A stretch of 64,000 bases of DNA, from positions 1,248,001 to 1,312,000 of the forward strand of contig CAVOKF010000007.1 in the NCBI GenBank assembly GCA_963696385.1, read 5' to 3'. Positions 58,758 to 64,000 of the stretch are shown one piece after another. Within the stretch, counting starts at the first letter, position 1, and the number at the start of each line of letters is the position of its first letter. Below the pieces are notes generated by a model. The model was given only the letters and a program-made list of their open reading frames with translations, was not told the DNA's origin and searched no databases. The translations under genes were made by a program, and so were the position numbers. The stretch is from an uncultured delta proteobacterium. GTDB lineage: Bacteria > Myxococcota_A > Polyangia > Polyangiales > Polyangiaceae.

Positions 58758-59977
58758 TGCGCCGCGCGTGCGACCGGCTCTGGGAGATCGACCCGTACCG
58801 CGAGGGCCGGTTGGGGCCCAACGCCCACAAGTCATTCGAGCGACACTTGAGAGGTTGCGCGGAGTGTCGAACCCAGGCCGACAGAGACGAACGGCTGCGC
58901 GAGCTCGCTCGGCGACTTCCAGATCCCGCCCCGAGCGACCTGGCTCTGCGTCGGCTGCAAGCGCGTGTGCTGCGAGACGTCGCCCTGGGTACTCCTACCC
59001 GATCAATCCACCGACTGCGATGGGCCTTTGCCGTGATCGCTACGGCTCTGGGCCTTTTCGCCGTCTGGGACCCTACCGCCTCCCGCATGGCCTCTCATGC
59101 TCTGGCGACGATGGCCGGAGCCGCTGCCGGGACTTCGCCCCCGAAAGCCGAGATCGGACCCCGTTCAGCGCCACCCCCGGACGTGGTGGCCCCGGCTTCC
59201 ACGTTTGCCGGCTCGGTCATGGCTTCGCCGAACGCGCGATGGTCGCAAACGCGCGAGTCGGGCATCGAGCGAGTCCGGATCGAAGACGGTGCTGTCCGGG
59301 TGCACGTGCGCCGGCAGGCCGTGACGGAACGCTTCCTCGTTGCGCTTCCCGACGGCGAAATCGAAGTTCGGGGCACGACGTTCGACGTGACCGTCGAGCA
59401 TGGGGCCACGACCCGCGTGCACGTCGACGAGGGCGTGGTCGAACTGCGCATCCGCGGTCGCGGCACGACGCGCCTGACCGCCGACGAGGCCTGGAATGTC
59501 CCGATGCCGCCGGACGGGTCGGCTTCGGCCTTCCGGGTCGCCGCCGGTCCAGCCCGAGGGCCGGTCGTGGCGCCGCGGACCGAGACGTCGGTGGCCGACA
59601 CGCCGGCAGCCGACGGCGCCTACACGGCGGCCATCCAACAGATGCAGCAAGGTCAATTCGACCGGGCCGCTGCCGCGTTCCACGCGCTCGTCCTGGCGGA
59701 GCCGCGGACGCCACAAGCCCAGGACGCGTCCTTTCTCGAGGCCGTCGCCCTCGCGCGCGCGGGTCGGACCGATGCCGCGGCACTGGCTGCCGAGCAGCAC
59801 CTGGCTGCGTTTCCGGATTCGTTTCATCGGAAGGAGGCTTCGATTCTGATCGCACGCGCGGCCAGCCAGCGCGGTGATTGCCCCAAGGCGCGCGCGATCG
59901 CGAGCGCGTGGAACGACGGCTCGCCCGACGCCGAGGTGCAGAGCGCCATCGGCCGATGCGACGGCACACCGCGATAA
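58757..59977 (+). CDS. Anti-sigma factor: zf-HC2 + TM + FecR domain + TPR-like end
   Basis: HLRGCAEC (HxxxCxxC), TM helix, IEVRGTTFDV...VDEGVVEL; TGATG coupling. Confidence 0.85.
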   Translation: MRRACDRLWEIDPYREGRLGPNAHKSFERHLRGCAECRTQADRDERLRELARRLPDPAPSDLALRRLQARVLRDVALGTPTRSIHRLRWAFAVIATALGLFAVWDPTASRMASHALATMAGAAAGTSPPKAEIGPRSAPPPDVVAPASTFAGSVMASPNARWSQTRESGIERVRIEDGAVRVHVRRQAVTERFLVALPDGEIEVRGTTFDVTVEHGATTRVHVDEGVVELRIRGRGTTRLTADEAWNVPMPPDGSASAFRVAAGPARGPVVAPRTETSVADTPAADGAYTAAIQQMQQGQFDRAAAAFHALVLAEPRTPQAQDASFLEAVALARAGRTDAAALAAEQHLAAFPDSFHRKEASILIARAASQRGDCPKARAIASAWNDGSPDAEVQSAIGRCDGTPR

Positions 59978-60016
59978 GGCCCACGCAGCACCCAACCAAA
60001 CCAAGGCCGACGGGGG

Positions 60017-60056
60017 TCGCCCGAGCCCGATCTCGGCCGCAACCGCCTTGAGCAGG
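60017..60056 (-). repeat. 40-bp inverted partial copy of gene 61483-61824
   Basis: Reverse complement matches 61728-61767 at 37/40; both read LLKAVAAEIGLGR. Confidence 0.85.
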
Positions 60057-60084
60057 AGCCGTCCGAGAGGCCGCTTCAGCGCTC

Positions 60085-60693
60085 CTATTGGCCGACGATG
60101 ATGGGGCCGCCGTAGAGGGGCCGGATCGAAATGTGATCCTCGACGTGGGCATCGATGGGGGCGGCAGAGTCGGGACTCGTGCTCGCGTCCTCGACGCTGG
60201 CGTCCTGGGTCTCGTTGGCGTCTACAGGCACGGCAGAATCGAGACGGGCGCTTGCGTCGTCGACGCTGGCGTCCTGGGTCTCGTTGGCATCTGCCGCGAC
60301 GGCAGAATCGCGACGGAGGTGCGCGTCGTCAACGCCGGCGTCGAGGACCACGCCGGCATCCACAGGGGCGGCAGACTCGAGTCGGGCGTTCGCGTCGTCG
60401 ATGTCAGCCTCCATAGGGGTGTCCGCATCGGTCGCGAGCGGGGGCAATCCGTACGGAACGGCCAACCCGTCCTCGGACGTGAAGGGGCTTCCACACGCCG
60501 CCGCCGTGGCGGACAGCGCTCCCACGCCCAAGGCATGAAGGGCCGCGCGACTGAGACGTTTGGCGGGCGACGGCCGCGGTTGCAGCTGCCGAAACGACGA
60601 GGGCAACGCGGCGCCGCAAAAGGGACAAACCGGCTCGTTGACCCGAACGTGTCGGGCGCATCCGGGACAAGCGGCCAAAGCAGTTCGGATCAC
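60085..60693 (-). CDS. Myxobacterial protein: CxxC...CxxC N-terminus, internal lipobox-like segment, Asp/Ala repeats, YG-x-P motifs
   Basis: CPGCARHV...CPFCG; AAAC; PYGLPP and LYGGP; GGAGG SD before GTG 60693. Confidence 0.7.
   Translation of the reverse strand: MIRTALAACPGCARHVRVNEPVCPFCGAALPSSFRQLQPRPSPAKRLSRAALHALGVGALSATAAACGSPFTSEDGLAVPYGLPPLATDADTPMEADIDDANARLESAAPVDAGVVLDAGVDDAHLRRDSAVAADANETQDASVDDASARLDSAVPVDANETQDASVEDASTSPDSAAPIDAHVEDHISIRPLYGGPIIVGQ
60186..60310. repeat. 69-bp-period coding repeat (2 clear copies)
   Basis: TCGACGCTGGCGTCCTGGGTCTCGTTGGC at 60191 and 60260; 23-aa unit DSAVxxDANETQDASVxDAS. Confidence 0.9.
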
Positions 60694-61482
60694 GAGCCAC
60701 CTCCGTCGAATGCGGCCTCGACGGCTCGGTGATCGCACAGTTCTGCCGGGCCCGCGGTAACACGCGCCCTCCGCTCTTGCGGGCCTGCGCAGGCCCACGC
60801 GATCGCACGGAGATGGCAGAAGGGGTTGTTCCCCCTGGCGCGCGGCATGAGGCTCGTCCACGGGCAGCCGTTCATGCAGTCCTCGGCACCGAATCGAAAG
60901 GCCATCTTCTTCAAGAAGAGCACGTTCGCGCGCGCCGCGCTAAGCATCCGTCCAAGACCACCCCAACCCAAACGACGGACCGCATGTCGAGACGGACCGT
61001 CCTATTCAGGACACCGTCGCACCTTGCCGGGAGCGACGCGGCAACACGGTCGGGGATGAGCCAGGTGCGGATGACTCTCGGCCAGCCACTCCGAATGGAC
61101 TTGGGACCGCGCGCGGCGACCGCCCAATCCCCGTTCACCGGCAAGCCGCGCGGCCTAGGCTCCTTGGAAGCAAGAGTCGGCTCGCGCGGACTCCATAGCG
61201 TGAAAGGCGGCGAGCCGCTGGCGGTGTCGGATACTTTCGCAATGAGGGGCAGCGCGGACGTGACGAGCGTTGTGGCATCCGCCTCTCGGTCGCAGGACGA
61301 AGTCATCACCCGCATCCATAGTTCGCGATCGCCCGCGTCCGGCGTGGGCGTCCACCGATAGCAGCTCTCCCACGGCTGGGGTCCAAGGAAGGCCGCCTCC
61401 TCGCGTATTTGTACCAAGCAGTCCCACTTTGGCATGGTGCATAACTCAGTAGACCGCTACAGAGGCCTCCAAGGAGTTGAAC

Positions 61483-61824
61483 ATGACAGCCAAAACGGCA
61501 CCCAAGCAGACCAAAGCCGACTTTGTGCGTTCCGCGGATCCCCGGTTGTCCGCCAAAGACGTGGTCGCCAAGGCCAAAGCGGCCGGCATCGCCCTCACGG
61601 ACACCTACGTCTACAACGTTCGCGGAGCCGCCAAAGCGGCCGCGAGCAAGGCCAAGCCAGCACCCGTCAAGGCGCCGGTCGCGCACGCGGTGGCGAAGAG
61701 CGGCGCAAGCGCGGGGTCCGTCGAGTCCCTGCTCAAGGCGGTCGCGGCCGAGATCGGTCTCGGCCGAGCGTTCGAGATTCTGGTGGGCGAGAGGGCCAGA
61801 GTGCAAGCCGTACTCGGGGCTTGA
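61483..61824 (+). CDS. Small basic Ala/Lys-rich putative DNA-binding protein
   Basis: AAGGAG SD; KADFVRS...SAKDVVAKAKAAGIALTDTYVYNVR (helix-turn-helix-like), AKP-rich linker, amphipathic C-terminal helices. Confidence 0.72.
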   Translation: MTAKTAPKQTKADFVRSADPRLSAKDVVAKAKAAGIALTDTYVYNVRGAAKAAASKAKPAPVKAPVAHAVAKSGASAGSVESLLKAVAAEIGLGRAFEILVGERARVQAVLGA

Positions 61825-62060
61825 GCGGGGGTTCCGACCGCAATGGCACGGGTTTCATCTGGGAAAAGGACGCGATTGAAGCCGATCGACGAGTAGCGAT
61901 CGGCTCCCCGGCCGACCCTCGCGCCCGTACTTGCGATGGCTCGGGATGGGATGAAGGCGGCCCGATTCCAAACGCGCCATCCGGGCGATGACGGCCGCAG
62001 TGTCGGTTCGGGCCGGGTGCGGCTAGCGGACCCCCTCCAACGCATGGCAACGTTACGGGG

Positions 62061-63098
62061 ATGGTGTGCTCCGACCGGCAGTTTTCATTCAGCGTGCCTC
62101 GCCTCGACCGCGCCGTTATCGCGTTCGTGGAAGCCTTCCTGCTGGTCGCGTGCGCGGCGTCGTCCGCTCCGAATTCGCCGAATGGCGGAGGGTCGAGCGC
62201 CGCGACGAGCGGAGGCTCGGGCTCGAGCACGACGGGGGCAAGCACCTCGTCCTCGGGAACGGGAGCCGGTTCGGCAGACGCGACCATGAGCGACGGTTCG
62301 AGCTCCGGCGGCTCGGCCGGACCGGCGAGTTCCTCGGAGGATGGATTGGGCGACGGCCCCTCGCCCGAAAGTGGGATTGGATCGGGTACAGGCTTTTTCA
62401 CCGACGGGTTCGAGTCCGACGCCGTCGGGTCGCAGCCCGCGGGCTTCGGCAATCTCATCGACTACATCGAGAACGGAACCAATCCGAACTCGAGCGGCGA
62501 CTTCGCCACGGTCGACACGACGCATGTTCATAGCGGCGCGCACGCAGTGCACTTTCACGTCGCCACCGGGACGAGCAATCCCTCGTTCTTGACGTATACG
62601 CTTCCTGCCGGAACGAATACGCTCTACGTACGCGCGTGGGTGTACCTGTCGCAGCAGCTCGGCGACAACGCCGCCTCGCAAAACGACAATCACGAGACGC
62701 TCTTCGCGCTCAACGGAAGTCCGGGCAACGTGAACAACGAGATCCGGTTTGGAGCCATCAAGGGCACCGTCGGCGTCAACGCGACCCCGTCGGACAACAT
62801 CACGCCGCTGCAGGCCTCATGGAACGGTCCACCGAGTGTCCCGGCGACGACCTGGACGTGCCTCGAAATCGCTTTCCTCGGCGCGCCCACCCAGAACGAG
62901 CTTCACGCCTGGACGAGCGACGTCGATCTATTCGATGTCACGACGCCGACGCAGTGGCAGAATGGCACGATGCCCATGGATTGGCTCAGCGGCGAGTTCG
63001 TCGAGATCGACCTCGGCTGGCAGAGCTTCAGCGGCTTCGGCGCGGACGTCTGGGTGGACGATCTGGTGCTCGGCAACGATCGGATCGGGTGCGATTGA
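62061..63098 (+). CDS. Lipoprotein with Ser/Gly linker and Cip1-like/LamG-type beta-sandwich domain
   Basis: LVAC lipobox; DGFES, HSG..AVH, LYVRAWVY, NHET, WTCLE, GWQSF, VWVDDLVLG..RIGC. Confidence 0.65.
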   Translation: MVCSDRQFSFSVPRLDRAVIAFVEAFLLVACAASSAPNSPNGGGSSAATSGGSGSSTTGASTSSSGTGAGSADATMSDGSSSGGSAGPASSSEDGLGDGPSPESGIGSGTGFFTDGFESDAVGSQPAGFGNLIDYIENGTNPNSSGDFATVDTTHVHSGAHAVHFHVATGTSNPSFLTYTLPAGTNTLYVRAWVYLSQQLGDNAASQNDNHETLFALNGSPGNVNNEIRFGAIKGTVGVNATPSDNITPLQASWNGPPSVPATTWTCLEIAFLGAPTQNELHAWTSDVDLFDVTTPTQWQNGTMPMDWLSGEFVEIDLGWQSFSGFGADVWVDDLVLGNDRIGCD

Positions 63099-63244
63099 GG
63101 CTCCGAAGAGGCGCCCTTGGCACGGATTGCAAACTATCGCCGAGCCCCAGGCGGTGAAGCATTGCCCCGGCGCGATCCGGGGGCGCTCGCGACATCGACA
63201 CGGTTTGCGCTACCATCGCCTCAGCGGGTGCTTGGCGAAAGTCG

Positions 63245-63908
63245 TTACGGTGACGGCTTTCTCGTAGCCTCCCTTGTGAACACGACATGCGTGGCCTTCG
63301 GGCTGCGACGTGTTCGGAGACTCGATAGCCCAACCGGAGCAAGTCGATCCCGGTGAGCAAGCTCTCGCCGGTTCCGAGCAAGACAGGCGCAATGGCGAGG
63401 TGCATCTCGTCCACCAAGCCCGCCTCCAGGTACTGCCGGATCGTAGCGACGCCGCCGCCGAGCCGCACGTCTTGATCCTTGGCTGCGTCGCGGGCACGCG
63501 CGAGCGCTTCGCGGATGCCTTCGGTGACGAAGTGAAACGTGGTGCCGCCATCCATCGTGATGGATGGTCGCGCATGGTGTGTGAGCACGAAGACGGGCGT
63601 GTGGTATGGCGGGGTGTCGCCCCACCACCCCATCCACGCCTCATCCGGCCAAGGGCCACGAATCGGCCCGAACATATTCCGCCCGAGTATCCAGGCGCCG
63701 ATGCCTGCGAATCCGCGCGCGACGAAGTCGTCGTCGATGCCCGTCGTACCGCCCCCGGTGCCGTGGACCTTCTGAAAGGTGCGCGTGGAGAACAACCAGT
63801 CGTGAAGCGCCATGCCGCCGACGCCCAGCGGGTCCCGGAGATCCTGGTTGGGTCCCGCCCCGAAGCCGTCGAGAGAAACGCTGAAGCAACGGACGCCGAG
63901 CTTTCCAT
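63245..63908 (-). pseudogene. Dihydrofolate-reductase-fold (RibD C-terminal) protein with two frameshifts
   Basis: ATG 63908, slip, KLGVRCFSVSLDGFGAGP...LGRNMF...PVFVLTH...GGGVATIRQYL..GLVDE..APVLLG.G, slip near 63305, SPKATHVVFTR. Confidence 0.8.
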
Positions 63909-64000
63909 TACGAACCCCTGATGGGACGGGTCGTCGTGAAGCCCGTCGGTCCCCACCACGCGGCGAGGTGCTCGGGACAATTCCACGCCTCGAAGACGAG
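63908..64000 (-). pseudogene. Truncated SRPBCC/AHSA1-like fragment (5' end outside the window)
   Basis: [24 protein letters not shown] then a stop after 6 more codons; this motif normally lies near the N-terminus of the domain. Confidence 0.65.

Noticed and set aside
60729..61442. Overlapping ORFs between 60693 and 61483
   Set aside because: No recognisable motifs or convincing SD; no frame can be supported.
61843..63135. Sigma-54 promoters at TGGCACG (near 61844 and 63118)
   Set aside because: The -12 TTGC element is absent or at the wrong spacing.

Overview
High-GC bacterial DNA. Several lipoprotein families and an ECF/FecR cassette suggest Myxococcota, probably Polyangiaceae-like (inference). 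(1) 454-22027 is a ~21.5 kb cell-surface glycan cluster: Wzx-type flippase, phosphoglycosyl transferase, one GT2, three GT4 domains, two GT-C-type membrane proteins and two O-antigen-ligase-family proteins. It also carries an unusually large tailoring set (two cobalamin-dependent radical SAM enzymes, four SAM methyltransferases, a GT4-nucleotidyltransferase fusion) and an unannotated 43-aa lipoprotein. This is the best candidate for an undescribed system. (2) 22133-48223 is accessory metabolism: RND pump, NmrA protein, c-type cytochrome lipoprotein, aqpZ, GH2, a divergent sigma-70, Rieske-FAD oxidoreductase, phoU, Hsp20, a coupled OMP-GPAT-gpsA-acyl-CoA ligase operon, mctP, P450 and nitroreductases. 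(3) A complete 1195-bp IS630 element with a TA duplication splits a SRAP/YedK gene. (4) 50601-64000 holds patatin, a hybrid kinase, Ser/Gly-rich lipoproteins, an ECF sigma/FecR cassette and gene relics. At least seven single-base lesions (six frameshifts, one in-frame TGA) interrupt otherwise intact genes and may be sequencing errors. No rRNA, tRNA or CRISPR array was found. All calls are from motif reading by eye; no database searches were run.
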